Assembly (NCBI GenBank): GCA_028023455.1
Contig: JAQFVV010000009.1
Span: 2,294,001-2,358,000 of the forward strand
DNA length: 64,000 nucleotides
Direction of reading: 5' to 3'
Source of the DNA: Epiperipatus broadwayi
Lineage: Eukaryota; Animalia; Onychophora
The position numbers and the translations under genes were made by a program. Below the pieces are notes generated by a model. It had not been told where the DNA came from and made no database searches. It saw only the letters and a list, made by a program, of their open reading frames with translations. This document shows, one piece after another, positions 41,701-54,669 of this stretch. Each line of letters opens with the position of its first letter. The first letter of the stretch is position 1.

Positions 41701-43022
41701 ACAGCTAATCAGATGTTATAATGGCTGTCTGAATAATGATCAAATCTTAAACACAAGACATATAGATTTTGCTAAATTTTTAATTTTATTTACACAATAG
41801 AAATCAAATTTAATTTCTGATTTATTCGTCTTAAAAGGTCAATAGTTGCCTTTTTGTCGTCTAAATCGATATTAATATCTAATTTATTTTTATCATTAGA
41901 AATTATAGAATCTTTGGTTATTGGGTTTTTATTATTGTCTAACACTTTTATGCATTGTACATGATAATATATATATAAATATTCTTTGTTTTTTCTTGCG
42001 TAATTAATTTTGATAGCTATTTCCTACATTTTTTATTTATTGTTTGTATTAATCATTATAAAGTTATTTACTGTGTGTTTTGAATATGACTAATGCATCT
42101 TTTTTTCTTGTAATTATTTTGGAATATAAAATTGAATAACTCCTGGCACAAGTTTCTGCTTGTTTGGAGTTATTCTCCTTTGTTTTATATATATTGTTTA
42201 ATAAGTAAATATTTATTATTATTACAATAAATTCAAAAGTCAGTGAAACTATTATGTCATCAATCCAAATACCAGTTTCATGCAAATTTTTGTTTCTAGA
42301 TAATGAGCTATACTAAGCAAATATTCCTGATTTAATTTCTGTTTAATGGAAATAAAAAATAATAATTGGAAAACATTTTAGTCCATGTTTAGTCTTGACA
42401 TTGCTAGCTATAATAATTATGAAATTTATGCTGTTATGATATTTTAAGATAGACGGATATCATATCCGTAATTAGCCACACTTTTAGTGAGTACATACAT
42501 AATGAATTGAGTTGATAAATGGATGATATTGAAAAGTTCAACTATTAAAAGTGAAAATAAACAGAATTTCTTTAAATGTCATTTAACTGCAAAATAGCAT
42601 TGCTAATGTTTGGAATATATATATCTCTTGATGCAAGAATAAAAATAAACAAAGAAGCAAAACTAATTTTTATATTATATAATCATTATGAACAACAGTT
42701 ACAAATAAAATATTGTTTATAATTATGGATAAATTCATTAAAGATTTAATGTTTCTGAAAACCTCTCTTTCGATGGTATAAATTAAATTAACAAAACTAT
42801 GGGGTGTGAAACTAAATACTTACACTTATACCTTCCATAATCAATTTACAATCATAATAGCTAACTGCTAAAGTATGTTTTTCTGCCCAGAAAGATTAAC
42901 AACCCATCACTTTTTTAAAAAAAAATATTGATAGCCCATAATCTTATACCTAGTTTATACAATCACAATAAGTACTTAATCATTTGTCAAGTATTGTGTT
43001 AATTTTTTGAAATCTACAAAAC

Positions 43023-43376
43023 TATATAATATCAATACTTATGCGCTTATAACGCTTGTTAAAGAAGTTATATGTTATTAAATTTATTTAAAGCTTAGGC
43101 TTTCAAAGCTCTATGGCTTCATAATCATAGCTGTGCAAAATAAAAATAAAACGGTAAATAGTGATGAGGGGGCGTATTCAAATTTATGTTAATTAGATGT
43201 TTCAGTATACTATTTAAAATATATTCCCCCTTATCACTATCAATCGTTTTATTTTTATTTTGCACAGCTATGATTATGAAGCCATAGAGCTTTGAAAGCG
43301 CTAAGCTTTAAATAAATTTAATAACATATAACTTCTTTAACGAGCGTTATAAGCGCATAAGTATTGATATTATATA
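43023..43376. mobile_element. MITE/fold-back element with ~150-bp terminal inverted repeats
   Basis: TATATAATATCAATACTTATGCGCTTATAACGCT...GCTGTGCAAAATAAAAATAAAACG mirrored at 43226-43376; ~53-nt spacer; TA at the ends. Confidence 0.9.
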
Positions 43377-43449
43377 ATTTATGAGAAGTTTATAAACATT
43401 TTTTTTACAAAACTATATAATAACAATCATAGGACAAATAGATCTAGAT

Positions 43450-44480
43450 TTACTCTTCATTGAATATCTTGCATTCTTAATACAGATGTCATTTTATTCC
43501 CATATACTCTCATAAACTTTCTATGAATTTATTTTTATGTTAAACCATGTACTAGTTCATAACAGATAACTTATGTCTTTTCAATACAAAATGTTTTTAA
43601 TACATAATCTTAGCAATAGTAACCATTCTACTGATTACTGAATTACTTGTATACATTTTGATCAGAATATTAACTGCTGATATTAATGAAGCTATATTTT
43701 TAGTCACTATTATCTTACATTGTTATATCTGATGAACTTTTTGAATTAAAAATAAACATTTGGAAGATCATCTCTCACTATGTGTACATTTCACAAGCAA
43801 CTTTCACTCTTGAGAAGAATTTAGAAATATCATATACTGCACTCATGTTAACACTTCATATCTTTCATAACATCAGTCTTTCATAAGATGGTGGTTAGTT
43901 TTTATCAACTTTCAATACTCTATAGAAGGATGAACAATCATTGCTTGCACTGTAGTTATATATTTTTAGAAGAATTATTGTTGTTGTTTTTTATCAATGC
44001 TTCCCTCATCTCAATTTCACCATATTGTAACCATTCACTAGTGCAGAGAGTCAAACCACTCTTTTTCTCTCTATGAATGCATTTTTTTCAGTTTTATTGT
44101 ATATATGATTATCAATAAACTCTAATGGGGAAATGATTGCCTTAGTACAATTTGAAGATCAACATAGATTACAGTGCAGAATAGAACTATAGCAAAAACT
44201 GTTCCTTGAGAAGGTTAACTAAAATTTTTTCTTGCAAGTTTACTTCAGCACGAACGATATAATGTTCTCAATAAATGTAGATAAATAATTTGAGTCTTTC
44301 TGATAATATATTAATATCATATGATCTAAGCATAATTTTCACCTTGTTTACATCAATTGAGGATTCAGAGTGATGATCCATTTTGCCTGTTTAATTCAAA
44401 ATTATAAGAATCATAAAACCATCTCTATAAATAATATCTTTATCAACTATTTTCTAACGAAACATTTTCTTTAAAAGCTT
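43450..44480 (-). mobile_element. Possible decayed gypsy-like gag remnant
   Basis: Broken frames: PLEFIDNHIY, EWLQYGEIEMREALIK, ISKFFSRVKVACEMY; resemblance only. Confidence 0.3.
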
Positions 44481-45520
44481 CAAGTATTACTTTCTTTCTT
44501 TTTTCAGGAAGTCATTTCTACATCGACTATGATGTTCGTTAAATGCATGCATAGTGAGAAAGTTGGTCTGAGTTTTTGTTCTGGTAGATGGTTGTGGTAT
44601 GTAAAGTTGAGATGAGAGATATACTAAAAAAAAATAAAAAATTTGAAAATATATATAATTGTTCATTCTTCTACAAAGTATTAAAAGTGGATAGAAACCA
44701 ATCCCTACCTTAGATGAGACTGATGTGATAAAAAGTATCGAGTTGTCAACATGAACACAGACAGAGTTTCAAATGTTTGATATCTTTAATCCATCTCAAT
44801 TTGTGAAGATTGTTGTGAAATACATTCATAGTGAAATATGGTAATCTGTGATGGTGAAGACTTCAAATGGTAGAGGTGCTAATAGAAACCAAAAAATTTG
44901 AATATATATATATAGAGAGAAAATATTCTTATGGATTCTAGAAGGCAATTGCATTTATGTCTCTCTACTAATATATAATATTCTTAGAAAGTATTTTTTG
45001 ACGTGTAGAAATAACAACAAATCTGAAAACAAAACAAAAAACAACTTCTGAACCGTGTATTTCAATAACATAAATCTCAATTTGATGCTTTTTTTTTTTT
45101 TTGAGAATGTAATAAAAATAGTGAATATTCTCTATTTATATCTCGATCAATATGACATGTTTAGACGTAAATTCTCTTGTAATTTACAATACTATCGTTG
45201 AACTCTTTTAGGAAAAAACTTTACAAATAATCAAAATTGTATTTATTCAGATTTCTTAAATAATTCCAATTACTTATTTCACGTGTAGAGTTTTCCAGGA
45301 ATAATTTATAATCATTCATAAATAAATCACTGCAAAATCTAACTAAAAAATGAAGGTAGTTATAGTTTCATTAAATCCTTCACGTTTGCAAGTAAATTCT
45401 TAAACTAAATTAAACAATCTAATTTCATCAATGTATATAAATATTTTTTTGTTAAATACATGGAAAGAAGATCTTGACTGTCTTCAATTAATCTCTGAGT
45501 CTCGACTACTTATTGATTTC

Positions 45521-45813
45521 TGATAAAGCACTATCACACGACCCACTACCCTCAGTGCCATCTCATATTGCTGACCCACCTGATCACACACATGTATTCT
45601 GACCCCTCATGTACAGGAGAAAAATCCATTTATACATACATATGCAAGGGATGGGCAGACCTTTTACATACTATTTATATAAATTAATACATTGTACAGG
45701 CTTAAACCTGCATTTATATATGTAATATATGCAGGACTAGAACTCAGATGCCCACATATATTACATATATAAATGCAGGTTTAAGCCTGTACAATGTATT
45801 GATAAAGCACTAT
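45521..45813. mobile_element. 265-bp insert flanked by a 14-bp direct repeat and containing a perfect 46-bp inverted repeat
   Basis: TGATAAAGCACTAT at 45521-45534 and 45800-45813; inverted arms at 45686-45731 and 45755-45800. Confidence 0.7.
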
Positions 45814-46444
45814 ATAATAGGGATATAGCCATACCTAGAGAGTTTTTTTGTTGTTGATTGTAGCTTCATTTCATTTAATTTGTCTCCTCTTTATAATTAA
45901 TTTTTATTCTTGTCAAAAAATAAGATCAAGATGGAATTTATAATGCAAACAGAGTTGTTAATGAATGATTAAAATAATTAAGCATTTTGAATTGTATTAC
46001 TGACCTCTTGACTTAGGTAAGAGTGACTAATTGTGGGTAAAAGTATCTCTTTTACTTTCCAATTGAGAGAAATAAAAAAAATCTATCTAGCCATATGAGA
46101 TGAAACTATATTGGCCTACTACTTTGGTATTTAAATGACATTAATTTCTCTCTCTCTCATACATATATCTAATGCTGATTAAAACTCAGTTTATGAGATT
46201 CATTGCTACTTTACTTTATCTTTTGCTATAATATGCAAAAACCGCTGTATATATATATGTTGTCATGGGTGCTATTCTAATAATACAACTATTGCAACAA
46301 CAACAACAAAAACTGGTGGCAGAAATTGCACTTTTTTAATTTCATAAATTGTTATAACTTTATACTTTTATCATAAATAATCTCAAATTTTACTTTTTTA
46401 TAGATTATTATATTAAGGCCTAGCACTAAAATTAAATATACACA

Positions 46445-47935
46445 ATACAGTATTAAATATTTGAACTATGACTTTATTTAGTCACTTATAAATAATACTC
46501 CCAATGATTTGCCAAAAAGTTTTATCTAATGAAGCTATGAATCATCAAAAGATCTAGAACATTTGTCAAAAGTTTATGTTAATTAATAAAAATACTTTTT
46601 GAGACACTGAACATTGGTGAAATTTTTTTCAATAGAATCCTGACAAGATGGGTTGCATACTTACTACAATATTTCATTACAGAATGCTAAACTAAGAAAA
46701 CTGCATATTACTGGTAAAAAAGTAATTCTACCAATGAGTGAAGTATTACCAAAAAATTTCTTTGATCAATGATACAGGGCAAAGAAGAACTGATGAAATG
46801 ATTCAAAATGTTAACTAAGTATTTAAAAATATCTTAGTTCTTTTCCCTATCCAGTTTGATGAATCATTTTTTGCCAGAAATTGAAACTTCTCTTTTGGCA
46901 TATCATTCTTTAAAAAGATTTTAAAAATATCAAGAACTATTATTTGATAAAAATTTGTCAACAGATATTTCAGGCAAATCAATATTTTTTGCATTGGAAT
47001 AGTTTTTTAACAAAGAAACCCTCTTTCAAGTATTATCTTGCCAGTTGCTATTGATAATGCTCCAATGATAGATAATTGGGCGCTACAAGGTTTTTCTTGC
47101 ATATTAAAAAGAAAAGTTCCAAATTTATTCACTGTATATTATATCATTCTTCATCAACATTTAATTGCCAAAAATCTGCATGAATGCCTGTTTAGTTATT
47201 GTACTGTATTGTTTAATAAATAAACAAAATCACAAATAATTCCACTTTGTAATAAAGCAATGAAAAATTCAGTGCTTGCTGATTTATACTGAAGTTCATT
47301 GACATCAAAAACTGTTTGTTTGAATAACTTTTATAAACTCTTATTCAATACTAGAATTCCTAGAAACAAAGAAGATGGTTTACAGCCAATCTGATTGATT
47401 CTCAAAACATGATAAATTGAATTTAAAAAACAAAAACTATTATTTTTGTATTTTTGTCTGTACAAATGAAATTATGATGAAAGGAATTCAACCATTTTCC
47501 AAATTTATCAACAGTACAAAACATGATGAAGATTTATTTACATTTTGTTAGCTGTTGAAAACATCCATTCTGATTTCAATCAATAATTTGAATATTTTCT
47601 TAAAAGAAATACTTCCGATTAGGGTTTTGGAATCTTTTTTAAGTATAAACACAAGAGAATCTTCATAATTACATGAAGAAATAATGGAAGTAACCTTCAA
47701 AAGTGATTATTAATAATTCTAACTTCAAAAGTTCATACCTATATTTTATCTTGGATTATGATTTATAGCAAAGTTTTTAATTGAATTTTCTTCATCATAT
47801 TTTGTAAAATGTAGGTTTAGAGTGGTCACATATCTGTTAATTTAAAAAAAATAACTGCCATATTTAAGAATCTGTTGACAAAGCCAAACATTAATAAATT
47901 GATAGCAGCATATCAGCTTCAATCTTTTCATTTTG
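46445..47935 (+). mobile_element. Decayed hAT (Buster/Charlie-like) transposase
   Basis: BED-like MICQKVLSNEAM; KLHITGKKVILP; FPIQFDESFLPE; DNAPMI...QGFSCILKRKVPNLFTVYYIILHQHLIAKNL; YTEV; C-terminal EFSSSYF..GFRVV. Confidence 0.88.
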
Positions 47936-48899
47936 ATTTTTATATTAATATTAACTTTGTTTGCCTAATTTTCCGTATGTAATGCAAATGTTACTATGGT
48001 TAATTTTAAAGATGTCTTATTTACAACATCTTTCTTTACTATGTTGTAGAACATAGGTAAAGTATAGATACACAAAAGAACATAAATTTGTCACTGCGTC
48101 TTTCTGTTTGTTTACTTAGAAAAAGTAGATTTTCAGTGAGGGACTCAGTAATTTTGTTTTTTTTGAAAAGAAATGGGAAGCTGAATAAGTGTGGGAACCT
48201 CTCATCTAAATGATTACAGATGAAATATATAATGATTTTGATATTTAAGAAAGAAATCGAGATATTAATAATTACAGATTTGAAACAATCTTTTATTACT
48301 TTTAAATATAACATTCCTGAAACATTCTTTTGTCTGTTATAGAAGATATTAAACAGAATCATCAAACATCTATAAAAAATATTATATTCAAACCAATCAA
48401 AAGAGAAAGCTAATTTAAAAATGATTGTAAATAATTGGCAAAAGTATTGATACGGTACATATAAAAATATCATGAATAAAATTAATAGCATATTCAAATA
48501 TTAGAAAAAGTTAAGAATGAGTTTTCATTTTACATCAAATTTGTAGAGAAGCAGCAATTAAACTATGTAATAATTTAATCTTTTCAAAACTTTTAAAAGC
48601 ATATGTATAGAAGACTTTGTGGATTAAAATGAAGATCGTTTAAGTCATCTAGATTTTGAAAATGATGTGGTTGTAACCAAAGCTATCAGAAAAAGCTAAA
48701 AAAAATGGAAGTGAAAATAAATATTAAAATAATATTCGATTGTTCTTTTTTTCTTTAAAAAAATGATAATAATGAATTATAAAAAGTTAATAATCATAAA
48801 CATCTTGGCCCAAGTATTAGTAAAGATAAAAATATTACAATGAAATTAATTATAGAACTAAGCTTCCAAATTTCTTTTTCTCTCTAACAGTTATCATTA

Positions 48900-49495
48900 T
48901 AGCTTTAAATAGGAAGGCTGCCTGTATCGTTGACGATGTTTTTTTTTGCAAATTGTGTTTTTGAGATGATGGGTAGTAGGTATGGCTCTATCATGTCTTT
49001 TATTACCTTTTCTAGAATTTTTATTGATAGACGGCCCATTGAGATGGGTCTTAATTCATCTAGAGTTGAAGTACTTGTCTTCTTTTTGTTATATGGAACT
49101 ATTGCAATGGGGTAGACTCCCTGCATGTGTATAACCTCTTGGGTCAGATAGTTGGCCAAATTAGTAAGGTAGTTTGCCGTAAACCATCCTAAGTGCTTTA
49201 GCACAAATAATGGTATTCCAGGGGGTCCAGGGTGACATGAGTTGCTCATATTTTCCATTTTTTAATGAAGATTTATTCTTTGAATATGGGTTGGTCTTCG
49301 ATTGTGTCAAACATTTGATTGCCATATTGAGTTGTTTGGTTTGTTTGCAATTTGTTTTTGAAGTATTTAAATATTGGCAGAATCATGTTATTCCCGGAAA
49401 AATTATCATTATTACATTGAATAGCTAGTGGCACTTTTATGTCAGATGCATAACCCAGTGCCCATTTGATGTATTTCCATGTCCAAGTGTGTTGT
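48900..49495 (-). mobile_element. Non-LTR retrotransposon RT N-terminal fragment
   Basis: HPGPPGIPLFVLK...IAIVPYNKK...LRPISMGRLSIKILEKVI...QF corresponds to K.PGPDGI...PI.KK...YRPISL...K.LEK...Q.GF. Confidence 0.8.
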
Positions 49496-49514
49496 TCCAT
49501 GATACAGATCTTAC

Positions 49515-49530
49515 TTATTATTATTATTAC

Positions 49531-49566
<36 letters not shown>

Positions 49567-49598
49567 CATCATCATTATCATTATTATCATCATCATCA

Positions 49599-49640
<42 letters not shown>
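49515..49640. repeat. Compound (TAT)n/(CAT)n microsatellite
   Basis: Directly visible. Confidence 0.97.
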
Positions 49641-49642
<2 letters not shown>

Positions 49643-49734
49643 TAATATCAATATTATACATAAAAATCAGTCATCCTTTTTAGTAAGCTAGTAATTTCTC
49701 TTCTTGTAATTTTAATTGTCACTTAAATTTTAAT

Positions 49735-51280
49735 TTATGGTTCGATGCGGCTTCAAGATACAAGCATTGTATGGCTCTTTTATATTACTACCATCTTGGA
49801 TTTAAAAAGTTATTTTCACCATTATTCTTTATAATTTTATATGGTTCTTCATAAATAATTTTAAATTTCTTAAAAAAATGTATTGTTCGGGTAGGTTGGG
49901 TAGGCTGACATTGGATGCTTTCACAAAAACTTTGTCATCTATTTTGAAAGAGTAAGGGGATGAATTTATCTATGCTTCCTTTTTTCACTTTGTCTGCACA
50001 TTTGACTATGTCTTCTCTTAATCAGATTCTGTATTAATATCTTCTGATTTGCATCTAGTAGAGTTTTTATGAGGCTTGGTGTAAATCTCCCAAAATGAAG
50101 GTGGACAGGGTCAAAGCCCATGATCTCATTTGTCCAATTAATATAATTCAAGACTATCTTTATGTGATTTAGCCAAACACTATGGTTTTTATGGACATAT
50201 ACTTTAAGTAATCTTCCAACCTCTCTCTTAACATTATCACAGGGATTGGATTGAGAATTGTGGATGAAAGTCAATATGTGTTTAATTTCTTCTTTCAGTA
50301 TTTAACATTACCCTTCTAAATAATATAAATGGTATTCCATGATCTGTTAAAATACTTTCAGGTTTTCTGATAATTGGGATCTGCTGATTTCTCATTTTTT
50401 GATATTGTTTTTGCATTAGCTTGTGTAATAGGGATAAGCAGCTACATATATCAAAAGAATATCATAAGTAACTATCAGGTACCTCATTCTTCAAAATTCT
50501 GGCAATGATCCATAGTAATCCATAGTGAGAATTTCAACTTATTTGGTAATATTGAACATCATGTTTCCACATAAAATCTCCTAGAGTGTTTAGTCCATCT
50601 GGAGGCATATTTCACAATGGCCTAATAAAGAAATTATATTACAGTATATTTTTGGCCACAAAAACAGTTTAAGTAATAAACAGTCCACTTTTTGAAACCA
50701 AAGCTGCTATATAAACAGTACACATAGTTAATTAAATCTTTCGTATTTTCATAAGGTATTGCAATTATCATATATCTTTTTTAACTTTATACTCCAAAAA
50801 TCTCATTTCTAGCTTGATAATGAAATGCTATAATCTCTTGTTTCTGACAATGATCATGTGCCATATCTGATCTCTCTTCCAGAATGTAAATTATCTCTTT
50901 AAGTTTAACATAATTTCTTTCTAATTGAAGGATTTTTAGACTTTATTCCTTTGATTCATCACTGCTAGGTTCAGATTTATGATATATGTATATATCATCA
51001 GCACTTAAATGCTTCTGCATCATCTAATCTGGATTTTGACTGAGAATATCAACTACAATATTTTCTGATCCTTACAATATTGCACAGATTGTTGGAATTT
51101 TTAAAGTAATAAATTCCATCAAACCAGACTGTTGGTTAAGTAACTATGGTTGAAGAATTCAAGGCTTGTGTGATCTGTAATCACAATAACCTTAGAACCC
51201 AAGAGGAATTGTCTAAATTTTTGAAAAACCCATATTACTGCTGAGATGGTTGAGTCTCTCATGGCATACAACTAGTACTG
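49735..51280 (-). mobile_element. Ty3/gypsy pol remnant: RNase H + integrase
   Basis: RNase H AVIWVFQKFRQFLLGSKVIVITDH...WNLLL...ENIVVDILS; zinc-finger HCEIC; integrase LTMDYYGSLP...PESILTDHG...SQSNPCDNVKREVGRLLK...GFDPVHLHFG; C-terminal IYEEPYKI. RNase H precedes integrase, as in gypsy. Confidence 0.9.
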
Positions 51281-52249
51281 TGTGTGCATATATATATATA
51301 TATATAAAGTTGAAAGGAAAAGTAGAAATATATATATATATATATATATAAAGTTGAAAGGAAAAGTAGAAATAAACACTTTTTGTAGATATTTATTATA
51401 TTACATCGGAATAGCAGTTAAGAGTTAAATAATAATTTTGAATTTAAAACAATTTATAATAAATTAAACATTTAAAAAGGTCTAGTTAATATTTTATTAA
51501 TTCTGATTTTGAAATTGAAAACAAGCTGGTTTTCAGGTTATAATAGATATTATCAGTAATTATAAAATTCTTCAATGTTTTATAATTAGATTAGAGAATT
51601 TTTTTTAATAGAAGCTTGTGATAAAATTCAACAATCTGTTGTTATTTAAAGGATTAAAAAATATTTTTAGAAATAAAATTTGATTTTAATTAAGGTAAAT
51701 TAAAAAAATAGTCATTAACTTGGAAATCAAGAGAAAAGAGAAAAAGAGTAGATTTAAAATTGTCATTAAGGGAGGATTAAAGTTTATTAGCAATATTATT
51801 ATGAAGTTATAACTGAAGGAAAGAAACAGTATATCCAGCTGCTGCTGCTAGTCTTATGATGGTAGTTTGAATTCACTTGGAAGAAAGTGCCTGCTCTTTT
51901 GAGGTTCATAGCCCATATGTGTACTAGATAGCCTGCATGAAGTCTATAAAAATATATAGAGACTGGATGGAGCTGACTAATGTCAAAGATTACCTGATTT
52001 ATACCTTTCCTGAAGATGACAATAAGTCAGTCTACTGTTTTAGAATGGACCATCTTACAAAGAGATTACATTGACTTGCTAACATATTACCTTGCTATGA
52101 TTTATACATATGCTACTTTATATGTGGAGAAGCACAAACAAAATACTGCATCATATATATCAAGCACTGATGGAATAAATTAGCTGGTGAATCAAATATT
52201 GAAAATGGCAATTATTTTAAATACTTGACTATGTGGAAGAATCATTTCC

Positions 52250-52720
52250 TCTAAATTTTGTAATCTTTTTTCTGTACACTCCATTTTCTGCTGCAATTGC
52301 TCTTGTATTTGGTCTGCAATTTCTGATTTAGGCTGCTTATGGTCTATTGTACCATCTCAAATGTTTCTTTTATCTCTTTATGCATTTATTTAAGTTTACT
52401 ATCTTTTTTTTGTTGTTTTTCTTCAAATTTTTTGTCACATTTCTTCAAATTTTGAATACATTTCCTGACCTTTTTGTGTTTCTTTATTCTTTGAATGCAT
52501 TTCTTCAATTTTTGAAGCATTTCATGTGTAAATACAAATACCACTTCAATATTAAGTGTGTCTGATTGCTTTCCTGAAAGCTTTTGCACACTGTGAATGG
52601 ATCATTGCATAATCATCTCTGATTCCATTGGCTGGATTTGTTCTTGTGTTGTTGATGGATCCATATTTAATTGTGTTTCTATTCTCTTATTATTGAATGT
52701 GTTGTCATCAGTAAATAAAA
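52250..52720 (-). mobile_element. Gag-like coiled-coil remnant, probably of the same gypsy element
   Basis: MDPSTTQEQIQPMESE...KLKKCIQRIKKHKKVRKCIQNLKKCDKKFEEKQQKK; upstream of pol on the same strand. Confidence 0.45.
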
Positions 52721-53749
52721 CTAAATTTTCTATTATTTTTTTCTGATTATCCTTATTATAGATTTACAAACAAGTGAAATATTTTTTTATATGTACATTA
52801 ACATTAAAGAAACTCACCCACCTGAATCAACTCTTCATATGCAATCTTCTCCAAGTAATTTATTATACCTCTGTCTTAATATTTATTTTTTATAAATTTT
52901 TATATACTGCCATTTACTAAATATTACCCTGCCTACTACTGATTTCATAAAATATTAGTACATACATTTTCTTATCAATTTGCTAATTTCATTTCTCATT
53001 TCAAACATTCATTGCATGTTATTTACTACATATACATTACAATATGTTAGATTTATTCATGCTCTAATATCATGTACATAATGTGACACTATGGTTATAA
53101 TGTTAAGCAGAAAAATGGAATGTTCAAGCCCCACATTATGCATCAAATATGTAGACAGTATTCCATGTTTAAACCAATATATGCAAATATTTAACAGTAA
53201 ATATTTGATTCCAAATAAATATTTATATTAGATGAGTGTAGAATGGTTAATAAAATTCCAAATAAAAATTATTCAATTCAAATATACATAATATTAACCA
53301 AATGATGATGATGATTTATAACATAAGTACAAGTCATTCCAAAAGTATTTATTTGTTTTCAGAATAATGGAATCAAAATGCAACTCCCAGGTGTCAAACC
53401 TTTTAACTAGAAAATTTACTTTTGAAAAACTTATTAATGACCGATCTTTATTCATTATAAATTCTTACTACCATCTTTGCATGTCCCCCAGTGGATTACA
53501 TAATTTCTCAGGATTGTGGATATTATAAACATGTTGGATATTAAAATTATAATGTTTGGATTAAATTAGATAAACACAAACATTAAACCGAATGGATTAA
53601 TAAAAATAACAATTATTTACTAACAATGAATATATAATATGAAACTGTTGCTTATATACTTATAACTATCAATAGTATATAAAATATTAAATATAATAAT
53701 AAATGTAGGGTTGAAAATTTTGGTATGCAGTATCTTGAGTAAATATAAC

Positions 53750-54660
53750 ATGAACGAATGTGTACAAAAATTTATTTGAGATAAGCTTAAAGTCTGTGAA
53801 GTTAATGACTTTTGCCTAGTGCACTTTTGACTAAGTTATATTAGTCATATTCATGGCAACTGACAGAGGGAAGAAGATTTCAGGGTTTATTAAAGAAATA
53901 CAAATGGGTGATTAGCATAAATAAATTTGTTTAAGTAGGACATTTTTTAGAAAGTGGAACACAGGAGTCTTGATAAATTGCATTCTTATCACTTGCGATG
54001 GGTCAGGCCTCTTTCAGTTTATTTTTGGCGTTGTTGCACTCTAGGTATACATTGGTGGCAGATATAGGCCCAAAGTGGTGACCAAAAGTGGATTGGTATT
54101 CTTAAAAAAATGATTTGGTATTCATTTGAGTTTGAGCATAGTTGTATATGTACTGGTGTTATGCTAATTGAGCAGACAAATTAGCCTTTGACACCATAAT
54201 ATATAGCATGGTTAGTGTGATGGCATGTGACCTTGTATGCAATTTGTGATTCTTGGGGGAGAATATCTTTTGTGTTGTTAATAAGTTGGTTCAAAGTGGG
54301 AGGAGTGGGTAGAGCAATTTAGTGAGTTGAAGATCAAATTTTAACAAAGCAGTGAGTAATTTTAGGAATGTATGGTAATGAAGATCAGAGTTTGTTATCA
54401 GCTAACGAGGATGAGTGACTAAGATTAAAATAAAATTTTTTAACTGAGTTAAGATTTTGTTCTTACAACTGATGTTGTGCATCTGAGAGATAAGAATCAA
54501 TATTATTTTTCTTATCTGACTTAAACTCACTGTAGACATTTATGCAATCTATAGCAACATCCAGAAAATGGAGGCTATCCATTAAATAAGTAGTATAAAA
54601 TCTCCCACTGGACCTCTTTAATAGACAATACAAGGCATGGATTGTGTTGATTCCACTAAG
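53750..54660 (-). mobile_element. Inverted 3' portion of Penelope-like element 2
   Basis: Reverse complement aligns with ~55590-56470 (GIY-YIG and 3' end), clearly diverged. Confidence 0.88.
53812..53859 (-). ncRNA. Hammerhead-like motif, A3-U8 variant (G12 mutated to A in this copy)
   Basis: UUGCC-AUGAAUA-U-GACUA(AUAUAACU)UAGUC-AAAA-G(UGCA)C-UA-GGCAA: 5-bp stem I, 5-bp stem II, palindromic GUGCAC. Confidence 0.6.
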
Positions 54661-54669
54661 CAATATCTA

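Noticed and set aside
42064-42285. 73-aa hydrophobic ORF resembling a receptor segment
   Set aside because: Too short, with no diagnostic motif order.
42453-42469. Perfect 8+1+8 GC-containing palindrome, possible Helitron 3' hairpin
   Set aside because: No CTRR terminus at the expected distance on either strand.
43728-43765. CTGATGA followed by a T5/A5 stem
   Set aside because: No G10.1-C11.1 pair and no GAAA; lies in a gag-like remnant; chance match.
52009-52035. CTGAAGA-T-GAC(AATAA)GTC
   Set aside because: Followed by AGTC instead of GAAA; no stem III or cleavage triplet.
53363-53528. Acceptor followed by a 53-codon ORF MESKCNSQ...GLWIL
   Set aside because: No recognisable homology or partner exon; such ORFs are expected by chance.
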